NCBI GenBank assembly: GCA_964016885.1
Contig: OZ024741.1
Coordinates: forward strand, 407,712,001 to 407,776,000
Source: Eledone cirrhosa
Lineage: Eukaryota
Length of the DNA stretch: 64,000 bases
Direction: 5' to 3'
Made by a program: the position numbers and the translations under genes. This document shows positions 1 to 13,030 of this stretch, piece by piece; the first letter of the stretch is position 1; each line of letters begins with the position of its first letter. A model generated the notes under the pieces. It was not told the origin of the DNA. It worked only from the letters and a program-made list of their open reading frames with translations, and searched no databases.

Positions 1-3000
1 GTGGTAGTATTGTTACTGGTGGTGTTGGTGGTAGTGTTGGTGCTGGTGGTGTTGGTAGTAGTGTTGGTACTGGTGGTGTTGGTGGTAGTGTTGGTACTGG
101 TATTGGAGGTACTGGTGGTGTTGGTGGTAATGTTGATATTGGTGGTGTTGGTGGTACTGTTGGTACTGGTGGTGTTGGTGGTAGTGTTGGTACTCGTGGT
201 GTTGGTGGTACTGTTGGTACTGGTGGTGTTGGTGGTAGTGTTGGTATTGGTGTGGTTTGTGGTAGTGTTGGTACTGGTGGAGTTGGTGGTAGTGTTGGTA
301 CTGGTAGTGTTGGTGCTAGTATCGGTACTGTTACTGGTGGTAGTGTTGGTATTGGTGGTGTTGGTGGTAGTGTTGGTACTGGTGGTGTTGGTGGAAGTGT
401 TGGTACTGGTGGTGTTGGTAGTAGTGTTGGTATTGGTGGTGTTGGTGGTAGTGTTGGTATTGGTGGTGTTGGTGGTAGTGTTGGTACTGGTGGTGTTGGT
501 GGTAGTGGTGGTATTGGTGGTGTTGGTGGTAGTGTTGGTATAGGTGGTGTTGGTGGTAGTGTTGGTACTGGTGGTGTTGGTGGTAGAGTTGGTAATGTTA
601 CTGGTGGTGTTGGTGGTAGTGTTGGTATTGGTGGTGTTGGTGGTAGTGTTGGTACTGGTGGTGTTGGTGGTAGTGTTGGTACTGGTGGTGTTGGTGGTAA
701 TGTTGGTATTGGTGGTGTTGGTGGTAGTGTTGGTACAGGTGCTGTTGGTGGTAGTGTTGGTATTGGTGGTGTTGGTGGTAGTGTTGGTACTGGAGGTGTT
801 GGTGGTAGTGTTGGTACTGGTACTGGTGGTGTTGGTGGTAGTGTTGGTACTGGTGGTGTTGGTGGTAGTGTTGGTACTAGTGGTGTTGGTGGTAGTGTTG
901 GTACTGGTGGTGTTGGTGATAGTTTTGGTACTGGTGGTGTTGGTGGTAGTGTTGGCATTGGTGGTGTTGGTGGTGGTGTTGGTACTGGTGGTGTTGGTGG
1001 TAGTGTTGCTACTGGTGGTGTTGGTGGTAATGTTGGTATTGGTGGTGTAGGTGGTAATGTTGGTATTGGTCGTGTAGGTGGTAGTGTTGTTACTGGTGGT
1101 ATTGGTGGTAGTGTTGGTGCTGGTGGTGTTGGTGGTAGTGTTGTTACCGGTGGTGTTGGTGGTGGTGTTGTTACTGGTACTGGTGGAGTTGGTGGTAGTG
1201 TTGGTACTGGTGGTGTTGGTGATAGTGTTGGTATTGGTGGTGTTGGTGGTACTGTTGGTACTGGTGGTGTTGGTGGTAGTGTTGGTACTGGTGGTGTTGG
1301 TGGAAGTGTTGGTACTGGTGGTGTTGGTGGAAGTGTTGGTACTGGTGGTGTTGGTGATAGTGTTGGTATTGGTGGTGTTGGTGGTACTGTTGGTACTGGT
1401 GGTGTTGGTGGTAGTGTTGGTACTGGTGGTGTTGGTGGAAGTGTTGGTACTGGTGGTGTTGGTGGTAGTGTTGGTACTGGTGGTGTTGGTGATAGTGTTG
1501 GTATTGGTGGTGTTGGTGGTACTGTTGGTACTGGTGGTGTTGGTGGAAGTGTTGGTACTGGTGGTGTTGGTGATAGTGTTGGTATTGGTGGTGTTGGTGG
1601 TACTGTTGGTACTGGTGGTGTTGGTGGAAGTGTTGGTACTGGTGGTGTTGGTGATAGTGTTGGTATTGGTTGTGTTGGTGGTACTGTTGGTACTGGTGGT
1701 GTTGGTGGTAGTGTTGGTACTGGTGGTGTTGGTGGAAGTGTTGGTACTGGTGGTGTTGGTGGTAGTGTTGGTATTGGTGGTGTTGGTGGTAGTGTTGGTA
1801 CTGGTGGTGTTGGTGGTAGTGTTGGTAATGGTGGTGATGGTGGTAGTGTTGGTATTGGTGGTGTTGGTGGTAGTGTTGGTATTAGTGGTGTTGGTGGTAG
1901 TGTTGGTACTGGTGGTGTTGGTGGTGGTGTTGGTACTGGTACTGGTGGTGTTGGTGGTAGTGTTGGTACAGGTGGTGTTGGTGGTAGTGTTGGAACTGGT
2001 ACTGGTGGTGGTAGTGTTGGTACTGGTGGTGTTGTTGGTAGTGTTGGTATTGATGGTGTTGGTGGTAGTGTTGGTAATGGTCGTGTTGGTGGTAGTGTTG
2101 GTACTGGTGGTGTTTGTGGTAGTGTTGGTACTGGTGGTTTGGTGGTAATATTGGTACAGGTGGTGTTGGTGGTAGTGTTGATACTGGTGGTGTGTGTGGT
2201 AGTGTTGGTACAGGTGGTGTTGGTGGTAGTGTTGGTACTGGTGGTGTTGGTGATAGTGTTGGTACAGGTGGTGTTGGTGGTAGTGTTGGTATTGGTACTG
2301 GTGGTGTTAGTGGTAGTGTTGGTACTGGAGGTGTTGGTGGTAGTGTTGGTACTGGAGGTGTTGTTGGTAGTGCTGGTACTGGTACTGGTGGTGTTGGTGG
2401 TAGTGTTGGTACTGGTACTGTTTGTGTTGGTGGTAGTGTTGGTACTGGTACTGGTGGTGTTGGTGGTAGTGTTGGTAGTGGTACTGGTGGTGTTGGTGGT
2501 AGTATCTGTACTGGTATTGGTGGTGTTGGTGGTAGTGTTGGTACTGGTGGTGTTGGTGGTAGTGTTGGTACTGGTACTGGTGGTGTTGGTGGTAGTGTTG
2601 GTACTGGTGGTGTTGGTGGTAGTGTTGGTAATAGTGGTGTTGGTGGTAGTGTTGGTACTGGTGGTGTTGGTGGTAGTGTTGGTACTGGTGGTGTTGGTGA
2701 TAGTGTTGGTATTGGTGGTGTTGGTGCTACTGTTGGTACTGGTGGTGTTGGTGGTAGTGTTGGCATTGGTGGTGTTGATGGTGGTGTTGCTACTGGTGGT
2801 GTTGGTGGTAATGTTGGTATTGGTGCTGTAGGTGGTAGTGTTGTTACTGGTGGTATTGGTGGTAGTGTTGGTGCTGGTGGTGTTGGTGGTAGTGTTGTTA
2901 CCGGTGGTGTTGGTGTTGTTACTGGTACTGGTGGAGTTGGTGGTAGTGTTGGTACTGGTGGTGTTGGTGGTAGTGTTAGTACTGGTACTCGTGGTGTTGG

Positions 3001-6000
3001 TGATAGTGTTGGTATTGGTGGTGTTGGTGGTACTGTTGGTACTGGTGGTGTTGGTGGTAGTGTTGGTACTGGTGGTGTTGGTGGAAGTGTTGGTACTGGT
3101 GGTGTTGGTGGTAGTGTTGGTATTGGTGGTGTTGGTGGTAGTGATGGTACTGGTGGTGTTGGTGGAAGTGTTGGTACTGGTGGTGTTGGTAGTAGTGTTG
3201 GTATTGGTGGTGTTGGTGGTAGTGTTGGTATTGGTGGTGTTGGTGGTAGTGTTGGTACTGGTGGTGTTGGTGGTAGTGTTGGTACTCGTGGTGTTGGTGG
3301 TACTGTTGGTACTGGTGGTGTTGGTGGTAGTGTTGGTATTGGTGTGGTTTGTGGTAGTGTTGGTACTGGTGGAGTTGGTGGTAGTGTTGGTACTGGTAGT
3401 GTTGGTGCTAGTATCGGTACTGTTACTGGTGGTAGTGTTGGTATTGGTGGTGTTGGTGGTAGTGTTGGTACTGGTGGTGTTGGTGGAAGTGTTGGTACTG
3501 GTGGTGTTGGTAGTAGTGTTGGTATTGGTGGTGTTGGTGGTAGTGTTGGTATTGGTGGTGTTGGTGGTAGTGTTGGTACTGGTGGTGTTGGTGGTAGTGG
3601 TGGTATTGGTGGTGTTGGTGGTAGTGTTGGTATAGGTGGTGTTGGTGGTTGTGTTGGTACTGGTGGTGTTGGTGGTAGAGTTGGTAATGTTACTGGTGGT
3701 GTTGGTGGTAGTGTTGGTATTGGTGGTGTTGGTGGTAGTGTTGGTACTGGTGGTGTTGGTGGTAGTGTTGGTACTGGTGGTGTTGGTGGTAATGTTGGTA
3801 TTGGTGGTGTTGGTGGTAGTGTTGGTACAGGTGCTGTTGGTGGTAGTGTTGGTATTGGTGGTGTTGGTGGTAGTGTTGGTACTGGAGGTGTTGGTGGTAG
3901 TGTTGGTACTGGTACTGGTGGTGTTGGTGGTAGTGTTGGTACTAGTGGTGTTGGTGGTAGTGTTGGTACTGGTGGTGTTGGTGGTAGTGTTGGTACTGGT
4001 GGTGTTGGTGATAGTGTTGGTATTGGTGGTGTTGGTGGTACTGTTGGTACTGGTGGTGTTGGTGGTAGTGTTGGCATTGGTGGTGTTGGTGGTGGTGTTG
4101 GTGGTAATGTTGGTATTGGTGGTGTAGGTGGTAGTGTTGTTACTGGTGGTATGGGTGGTAGTGCTGGTGGTGTTGGTGGTAGTGTTGTTACCGGTGGTGT
4201 TGGTGGTGGTGTTGTTACTGGTACTGGTGGAGTTGGTGGTAGTGTTGGTACTGGTGGTGTTGGTGGTAGTGTTAGTACTGGTACTGGTGGTGTTGGTGAT
4301 AGTGTTGGTACTGGTGGTGTTGGTAGTAGTGTTGGTACTGGTGGTGTTGGTGGAAGTGTTGGTACTGGTGGTGTTGGTGGTACTGTTGGTATTGGTGGTG
4401 TTGGTGGTAGTGTTGGTACTGGTGGTGTTGGTGGTAGTGTTGGTGATGGTGGTGATGGTGGTAGTGTTGGTATTGGTGGTGTTGGTGGTAGTGTTGGTAT
4501 TAGTGGTGTTGGTGGTAGTGTTGTTACTGGTGGTGTTGGTGGTGGTGTTGGTACTGGTACTGGTGGTGTTGGTGGTAGTGTTGGTACTGGTGGTGTTGGT
4601 GGTAGTGTTGGAACTGGTACTGGTGGTGGTAGTGTTGGTACTGGTGGTGTTGTTGGTAGTGTTGGTATTGGTGGTGTTGGTGGTAGTGTTGGTAATGGTG
4701 GTGTTTGTGGTAGTGTTGGTACTGGTGGTTTGGTGGTAATATTGGCTCAGGTGGTGTTGGTGGTAGTGTTGATACTGGTGGTGTTGGTGGTAATGTTGGT
4801 ATTGGTGGTGTAGGTGGTAGTGTTGTTACTGGTGGTGTTGGTGGTAGTGTTGGTGCTGGTGCTGTTGGTGGTAGTGTTGTTACTGTTGGTGTTGGTGGTG
4901 GTGTTGTTACTGGTACTGGTGGTGTTGGTGGTAGTGTTGGTACTGGTATTGGTGGTGTTGGTGGTAGTGTTGGTACTGCTGGTGTTGGTGGTAGTGTTGC
5001 TACTGGTGGTGTTGGTGGTAGTGTTGGTACTGGTGGTGTTGGTGGTAGTGTTGGTACTGGTGGTGGTGGTGGTAGTGTTGGTACTGGTATTGGAGGTACT
5101 GGTGGTGTTGGTGGTAATGTTGGTACTGGTGGTGTTGGTGTTAGTGTTGGTACTGGTGGTGTTGGTGGTACTGTTGGTACTGGTGGTGTTGGTGGTAGTG
5201 TTGGTATTGGTGTGGTTTGTGGTAGTGTTGGTACTGGTGGTGTTGGTGGTAGTGTTGGTACTGGTAGTGTTGGTGGTAGTATCGGTACTGTTACTGGTGG
5301 TAGTGTTTGTATTGGTGGTGTTGGTGGTCGTGTTGGTACTGGTGGTGTTGGTGGTAATGTTGGTACTGTTGGTGTTGGTGGTAGTGTTGGTACTGGTGGT
5401 GTTGGTGGTAGTGGTGGTATTGGTGGTGTTGGTGGTCGTGTTGGTAGTGGTGGTGTTGGTGGAAGTGTTGGTACTGGTGGTGTTGTTGGTAGTATTGGTA
5501 TTGGTGGTGTTGGTTGTAGTGTTGGTACTGGTGGTGTTGGTGGTAGTGGTGGTATTGGTGGTGTTGGTGGTCGTGTTGGTACTGGTGGTGTTGGTGGAAG
5601 TGTTGGTACTGGTGGTGTTGGTGGTAGTGGTGGTATTGGTGGTGTTGGTGGTAGTGTTGGTATAGGTGGTGTTGGTGGTAGTGTTGGTACTGGTGGTGTT
5701 GGTGGTAGAGTTGGTAATGTTACTGGTGGTGTTGGAGGTAGTGTTGTTATTGGTGGTGTTGGTGGTAGTGTTAGTACTGGTGGTGTTGGTGGTAGTGTTG
5801 GTACTGGTGGTGTTGGTGTTAGTGTTGGTACTGGTGGTGTTGGTGTTAGTGTTGGTACTGGTACTGGTGGTGTTGGTGGTAATGTTGGTATTGGTGGTGT
5901 TGGTGGTAGTGTTGGTACAGGTGCTGTTGGTGGTAGTGTTGGTATTGGTGGTGTTGGTGGTAGTGTTGGTACTGGTGGTGTTGGTGGTAGTGTTGGTACT

Positions 6001-9000
6001 GGTACTGGTGGTGTTGGTGGTAGTGTTGGTACTGGTGGTGTTGGTGGTAGTGTTGGTACTAGTGGTGTTGGTGGTAGTGTTGGTACTGGTGGTGTTGGTG
6101 GTAGTGTTGGTACTGGTGGTGTTGGTGATAGTGTTTGTATTGGTGGTGTTGGTGGTACTGTTGGTACTGGTGGTGTTGGTGGTAGTGTTGGCATTGGTGG
6201 TGTTGGTGGTGGTGTTGGTGGTAATGTTGGTATTGGTGGTGTAGGTGGTAGTGTTGTTACTGGTGGTATTGGTGGTAGTGTTGTTGCTGGTGGTGTTGGT
6301 GGTAGTGTTGTTACCGGTACTGGTGGAGTTGGTGGTAGTGTTGGTACTGGTGGTGTTGGTGGTAGTGTTAGTACTGGTACTGGTGGTGTTGGTGATAGTG
6401 TTGGTATTGGTGGTGTTGGTGGTACTGTTGTTACCGGTGGTGTTGGTGGTAGTGTTGGTATTGGTGGTGTTGGTGGTAGTGTTGGTATTGGTGGTGTTGG
6501 TGGTTGTGTTGGTACTTGTGGTGTTGGTGGTAGTGTAGGTACTGGTGGTGTTGGTGGTAGTGTTAGTACTGGTACTGGTGGTGTTGGTGATAGTGTTGGT
6601 ATTGGTGGTGTTGGTGGTACTGTTGTTACCGGTGGTGTTGGTGGTAGTGTTGGTATTGGTGGTGTTGGTGGTAGTGTTGGTACTGGTGGTGTTGGTGGAA
6701 GTGTTGGTACTGGTGGTGTTGGTGGTAGTGTTGGTATTGGTGGTGTTGGTGGTAGTGTTGGTACTGGTGGTGTTGGTGGTAGTGTTGGTGCTGGTATTGG
6801 TGGTGTTGATGGTAGTGTTGGTACTGGTGGTGTTGGTGGTGGTGTTGGTACTGGTGGTGTTGGTGGTAGTGTTGGTATTGGTGGTGTATGTGGTAGTATT
6901 GTTACTGGTGGTGTTGGTGGTAGTGTTGGTGCTGGTGGTGTTGGTAGTAGTGTTGGTACTGGTGGTGTTGGTGGTAGTGTTGGTACTGGTATTGGAGGTA
7001 CTGGTGGTGTTGGTGGTAATGTTGATATTGGTGGTGTTGGTGGTACTGTTGGTACTGGTGGTGTTGGTGGTAGTGTTGGTACTCGTGGTGTTGGTGGTAC
7101 TGTTGGTACTGGTGGTGTTGGTGGTAGTGTTGGTATTGGTGTGGTTTGTGGTAGTGTTGGTACTGGTGGAGTTGGTGGTAGTGTTGGTACTGGTAGTGTT
7201 GGTGCTAGTATCGGTACTGTTACTGGTGGTAGTGTTGGTATTGGTGGTGTTGGTGGTAGTGTTGGTACTGGTGGTGTTGGTGGAAGTGTTGGTACTGGTG
7301 GTGTTGGTAGTAGTGTTGGTATTGGTGGTGTTGGTGGTAGTGTTGGTATTGGTGGTGTTGGTGGTAGTGTTGGTACTGGTGGTGTTGGTGGTAGTGGTGG
7401 TATTGGTGGTGTTGGTGGTAGTGTTGGTATAGGTGGTGTTGGTGGTAGTGTTGGTACTGGTGGTGTTGGTGGTAGAGTTGGTAATGTTACTGGTGGTGTT
7501 GGTGGTAGTGTTGGTATTGGTGGTGTTGGTGGTAGTGTTGGTACTGGTGGTGTTGGTGGTAGTGTTGGTACTGGTGGTGTTGGTGGTAATGTTGGTATTG
7601 GTGGTGTTGGTGGTAGTGTTGGTACAGGTGCTGTTGGTGGTAGTGTTGGTATTGGTGGTGTTGGTGGTAGTGTTGGTACTGGAGGTGTTGGTGGTAGTGT
7701 TGGTACTGGTACTGGTGGTGTTGGTGGTAGTGTTGGTACTGGTGGTGTTGGTGGTAGTGTTGGTACTAGTGGTGTTGGTGGTAGTGTTGGTACTGGTGGT
7801 GTTGGTGATAGTTTTGGTACTGGTGGTGTTGGTGGTAGTGTTGGCATTGGTGGTGTTGGTGGTGGTGTTGGTACTGGTGGTGTTGGTGGTAGTGTTGCTA
7901 CTGGTGGTGTTGGTGGTAATGTTGGTATTGGTGGTGTAGGTGGTAATGTTGGTATTGGTCGTGTAGGTGGTAGTGTTGTTACTGGTGGTATTGGTGGTAG
8001 TGTTGGTGCTGGTGGTGTTGGTGGTAGTGTTGTTACCGGTGGTGTTGGTGGTGGTGTTGTTACTGGTACTGGTGGAGTTGGTGGTAGTGTTGGTACTGGT
8101 GGTGTTGGTGATAGTGTTGGTATTGGTGGTGTTGGTGGTACTGTTGGTACTGGTGGTGTTGGTGGTAGTGTTGGTACTGGTGGTGTTGGTGGAAGTGTTG
8201 GTACTGGTGGTGTTGGTGGAAGTGTTGGTACTGGTGGTGTTGGTGATAGTGTTGGTATTGGTGGTGTTGGTGGTACTGTTGGTACTGGTGGTGTTGGTGG
8301 TAGTGTTGGTACTGGTGGTGTTGGTGGAAGTGTTGGTACTGGTGGTGTTGGTGGTAGTGTTGGTACTGGTGGTGTTGGTGATAGTGTTGGTATTGGTGGT
8401 GTTGGTGGTACTGTTGGTACTGGTGGTGTTGGTGGAAGTGTTGGTACTGGTGGTGTTGGTGATAGTGTTGGTATTGGTGGTGTTGGTGGTACTGTTGGTA
8501 CTGGTGGTGTTGGTGGAAGTGTTGGTACTGGTGGTGTTGGTGATAGTGTTGGTATTGGTTGTGTTGGTGGTACTGTTGGTACTGGTGGTGTTGGTGGTAG
8601 TGTTGGTACTGGTGGTGTTGGTGGAAGTGTTGGTACTGGTGGTGTTGGTGGTAGTGTTGGTATTGGTGGTGTTGGTGGTAGTGTTGGTACTGGTGGTGTT
8701 GGTGGTAGTGTTGGTAATGGTGGTGATGGTGGTAGTGTTGGTATTGGTGGTGTTGGTGGTAGTGTTGGTATTAGTGGTGTTGGTGGTAGTGTTGGTACTG
8801 GTGGTGTTGGTGGTGGTGTTGGTACTGGTACTGGTGGTGTTGGTGGTAGTGTTGGTACAGGTGGTGTTGGTGGTAGTGTTGGAACTGGTACTGGTGGTGG
8901 TAGTGTTGGTACTGGTGGTGTTGTTGGTAGTGTTGGTATTGATGGTGTTGGTGGTAGTGTTGGTAATGGTCGTGTTGGTGGTAGTGTTGGTACTGGTGGT

Positions 9001-10832
9001 GTTTGTGGTAGTGTTGGTACTGGTGGTTTGGTGGTAATATTGGTACAGGTGGTGTTGGTGGTAGTGTTGATACTGGTGGTGTGTGTGGTAGTGTTGGTAC
9101 AGGTGGTGTTGGTGGTAGTGTTGGTACTGGTGGTGTTGGTGATAGTGTTGGTACAGGTGGTGTTGGTGGTAGTGTTGGTATTGGTACTGGTGGTGTTAGT
9201 GGTAGTGTTGGTACTGGAGGTGTTGGTGGTAGTGTTGGTACTGGAGGTGTTGTTGGTAGTGCTGGTACTGGTACTGGTGGTGTTGGTGGTAGTGTTGGTA
9301 CTGGTACTGTTTGTGTTGGTGGTAGTGTTGGTACTGGTACTGGTGGTGTTGGTGGTAGTGTTGGTAGTGGTACTGGTGGTGTTGGTGGTAGTATCTGTAC
9401 TGGTATTGGTGGTGTTGGTGGTAGTGTTGGTACTGGTGGTGTTGGTGGTAGTGTTGGTACTGGTACTGGTGGTGTTGGTGGTAGTGTTGGTACTGGTGGT
9501 GTTGGTGGTAGTGTTGGTAATAGTGGTGTTGGTGGTAGTGTTGGTACTGGTGGTGTTGGTGGTAGTGTTGGTACTGGTGGTGTTGGTGATAGTGTTGGTA
9601 TTGGTGGTGTTGGTGCTACTGTTGGTACTGGTGGTGTTGGTGGTAGTGTTGGCATTGGTGGTGTTGATGGTGGTGTTGCTACTGGTGGTGTTGGTGGTAA
9701 TGTTGGTATTGGTGCTGTAGGTGGTAGTGTTGTTACTGGTGGTATTGGTGGTAGTGTTGGTGCTGGTGGTGTTGGTGGTAGTGTTGTTACCGGTGGTGTT
9801 GGTGTTGTTACTGGTACTGGTGGAGTTGGTGGTAGTGTTGGTACTGGTGGTGTTGGTGGTAGTGTTAGTACTGGTACTCGTGGTGTTGGTGATAGTGTTG
9901 GTATTGGTGGTGTTGGTGGTACTGTTGGTACTGGTGGTGTTGGTGGTAGTGTTGGTACTGGTGGTGTTGGTGGAAGTGTTGGTACTAGTGGTGTTGGTGG
10001 TAGTGTTGGTATTGGTGGTGTTGGTGGTAGTGTTGGTACTGGTGGTGTTGGTGGAAGTGTTGGTACTGGTGGTGTTGGTAGTAGTGTTGGTATTGGTGGT
10101 GTTGGTGGTAGTGTTGGTATTGGTGGTGTTGGTGGTAGTGTTGGTACTGGTGGTGTTGGTGGTAGTGTTGGTACTCGTGGTGTTGGTGGTACTGTTGGTA
10201 CTGGTGGTGTTGGTGGTAGTGTTGGTATTGGTGTGGTTTGTGGTAGTGTTGGTACTGGTGGAGTTGGTGGTAGTGTTGGTACTGGTAGTGTTGGTGCTAG
10301 TATCGGTACTGTTACTGGTGGTAGTGTTGGTATTGGTGGTGTTGGTGGTAGTGTTGGTACTGGTGGTGTTGGTGGAAGTGTTGGTACTGGTGGTGTTGGT
10401 AGTAGTGTTGGTATTGGTGGTGTTGGTGGTAGTGTTGGTATTGGTGGTGTTGGTGGTAGTGTTGGTACTGGTGGTGTTGGTGGTAGTGGTGGTATTGGTG
10501 GTGTTGGTGGTAGTGTTGGTATAGGTGGTGTTGGTGGTTGTGTTGGTACTGGTGGTGTTGGTGGTAGAGTTGGTAATGTTACTGGTGGTGTTGGTGGTAG
10601 TGTTGGTATTGGTGGTGTTGGTGGTAGTGTTGGTACTGGTGGTGTTGGTGGTAGTGTTGGTACTGGTGGTGTTGGTGGTAATGTTGGTATTGGTGGTGTT
10701 GGTGGTAGTGTTGGTACAGGTGCTGTTGGTGGTAGTGTTGGTATTGGTGGTGTTGGTGGTAGTGTTGGTACTGGAGGTGTTGGTGGTAGTGTTGGTACTG
10801 GTACTGGTGGTGTTGGTGGTAGTGTTGGTACT
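1..10832 (+). repeat. Direct duplication of about 3.9 kb at offset 6889 bp (1-~3943 = 6890-~10832)
   Basis: Position 1 GTGGTAGTATTGTTACT recurs at 6890. ORF-track pairs 544/7433, 1078/7967, 2192/9081 and 2832/9721 all differ by 6889. The only differences I spotted are 3098 G vs 9987 A and 3144 A vs 10033 T. Confidence 0.93.
1221..1700 (+). repeat. Local 135-bp (5-mer) and 81-bp (3-mer) sub-repeats
   Basis: GAT-variant monomers at 1221, 1356, 1491, 1572 and 1653 (spacings 135, 135, 81, 81). The block recurs at +6889 and +9981. Confidence 0.88.
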
Positions 10833-13030
10833 GGTGGTGTTGGTGGTAGTGTTGGTACTAGTGGTGTTGGTGGTAGTGTTGGTACTGGTGGTGTTGGTGA
10901 TAGTTTTGGTACTGGTGGTGTTGGTGGTAGTGTTGGCATTGGTGGTGTTGGTGGTGGTGTTGGTACTGGTGGTGTTGGTGGTAGTGTTGCTACTGGTGGT
11001 GTTGGTGGTAATGTTGGTATTGGTGGTGTAGGTGGTAATGTTGGTATTGGTCGTGTAGGTGGTAGTGTTGTTACTGGTGGTATTGGTGGTAGTGTTGGTG
11101 CTGGTGGTGTTGGTGGTAGTGTTGTTACCGGTGGTGTTGGTGGTGGTGTTGTTACTGGTACTGGTGGAGTTGGTGGTAGTGTTGGTACTGGTGGTGTTGG
11201 TGATAGTGTTGGTATTGGTGGTGTTGGTGGTACTGTTGGTACTGGTGGTGTTGGTGGTAGTGTTGGTACTGGTGGTGTTGGTGGAAGTGTTGGTACTGGT
11301 GGTGTTGGTGGAAGTGTTGGTACTGGTGGTGTTGGTGATAGTGTTGGTATTGGTGGTGTTGGTGGTACTGTTGGTACTGGTGGTGTTGGTGGTAGTGTTG
11401 GTACTGGTGGTGTTGGTGGAAGTGTTGGTACTGGTGGTGTTGGTGGTAGTGTTGGTACTGGTGGTGTTGGTGATAGTGTTGGTATTGGTGGTGTTGGTGG
11501 TACTGTTGGTACTGGTGGTGTTGGTGGAAGTGTTGGTACTGGTGGTGTTGGTGATAGTGTTGGTATTGGTGGTGTTGGTGGTACTGTTGGTACTGGTGGT
11601 GTTGGTGGAAGTGTTGGTACTGGTGGTGTTGGTGATAGTGTTGGTATTGGTTGTGTTGGTGGTACTGTTGGTACTGGTGGTGTTGGTGGTAGTGTTGGTA
11701 CTGGTGGTGTTGGTGGAAGTGTTGGTACTGGTGGTGTTGGTGGTAGTGTTGGTATTGGTGGTGTTGGTGGTAGTGTTGGTACTGGTGGTGTTGGTGGTAG
11801 TGTTGGTAATGGTGGTGATGGTGGTAGTGTTGGTATTGTTGGTGTTGGTGGTAGTGTTGGTATTAGTGGTGTTGGTGGTAGTGTTGGTACTGGTGGTGTT
11901 GGTGGTGGTGTTGGTACTGGTACTGGTGGTGTTGGTGGTAGTGTTGGTACAGGTGGTGTTGGTGGTAGTGTTGGAACTGGTACTGGTGGTGGTAGTGTTG
12001 GTACTGGTGGTGTTGTTGGTAGTGTTGGTATTGATGGTGTTGGTGGTAGTGTTGGTAATGGTCGTGTTGGTGGTAGTGTTGGTACTGGTGGTGTTTGTGG
12101 TAGTGTTGGTACTGGTGGTTTGGTGGTAATATTGGTACAGGTGGTGTTGGTGGTAGTGTTGATACTGGTGGTGTGTGTGGTAGTGTTGGTACAGGTGGTG
12201 TTGGTGGTAGTGTTGGTACTGGTGGTGTTGGTGATAGTGTTGGTACAGGTGGTGTTGGTGGTAGTGTTGGTACTGGTGGTGTTGGTGGTAGTGTCGGTAC
12301 TGGTGGTGGTGGTGGTAGTGTTGGTACTGGTGGTGTTGGTGGTAGTGTTGGTATTGGTACTGGTGGTGTTAGTGGTAGTGTTGGTACTGGAGGTGTTGGT
12401 GGTAGTGTTGGTACTGGAGGTGTTGTTGGTAGTGCTGGTACTGGTACTGGTGGTGTTGGTGGTAGTGTTGGTACTGGTACTGTTTGTGTTGGTGGTAGTG
12501 TTGGTACTGGTACTGGTGGTGTTGGTGGTAGTGTTGGTAGTGGTACTGGTGGTGTTGGTGGTAGTATCTGTACTGGTATTGGTGGTGTTGGTGGTAGTGT
12601 TGGTACTGGTGGTGTTGGTGGTAGTGTTGGTACTGGTACTGGTGGTGTTGGTGGTAGTGTTGGTACTGGTGGTGTTGGTGGTAGTGTTGGTAATAGTGGT
12701 GTTGGTGGTAGTGTTGGTACTGGTGGTGTTGGTGGTAGTGTTGGTACTGGTGGTGTTGGTGATAGTGTTGGTATTGGTGGTGTTGGTGCTACTGTTGGTA
12801 CTGGTGGTGTTGGTGGTAGTGTTGGCATTGGTGGTGTTGATGGTGGTGTTGCTACTGGTGGTGTTGGTGGTAATGTTGGTATTGGTGCTGTAGGTGGTAG
12901 TGTTGTTACTGGTGGTATTGGTGGTAGTGTTGGTGCTGGTGGTGTTGGTGGTAGTGTTGTTACCGGTGGTGTTGGTGTTGTTACTGGTACTGGTGGAGTT
13001 GGTGGTAGTGTTGGTACTGGTGGTGTTGGT
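7060..13030 (+). repeat. Tandem higher-order repeat, period 3092 bp (second copy carries an 81-bp insertion)
   Basis: Marker ACTCGT at 7081/10173 (also 192/3284). Frameshift marker at 9027/12119. ORF pairs 7433/10525, 7967/11059 and 9081/12173. The offset becomes 3173 at 9721/12894. Confidence 0.9.

Noticed and set aside
42-49. E. coli Chi octamer GCTGGTGG, recurring wherever the GCT variant occurs (consensus ACTGGTGG is one mismatch away)
   Set aside because: It arises from a single substitution in a GGT-rich repeat, and nothing indicates an enterobacterial RecBCD context.
2133-2158. Programmed frameshift or phase-variation site at the recurrent -1 marker
   Set aside because: There is no X XXY YYZ slippery heptamer, no variable homopolymer and no evident downstream structure. 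Passive duplication explains the recurrence.
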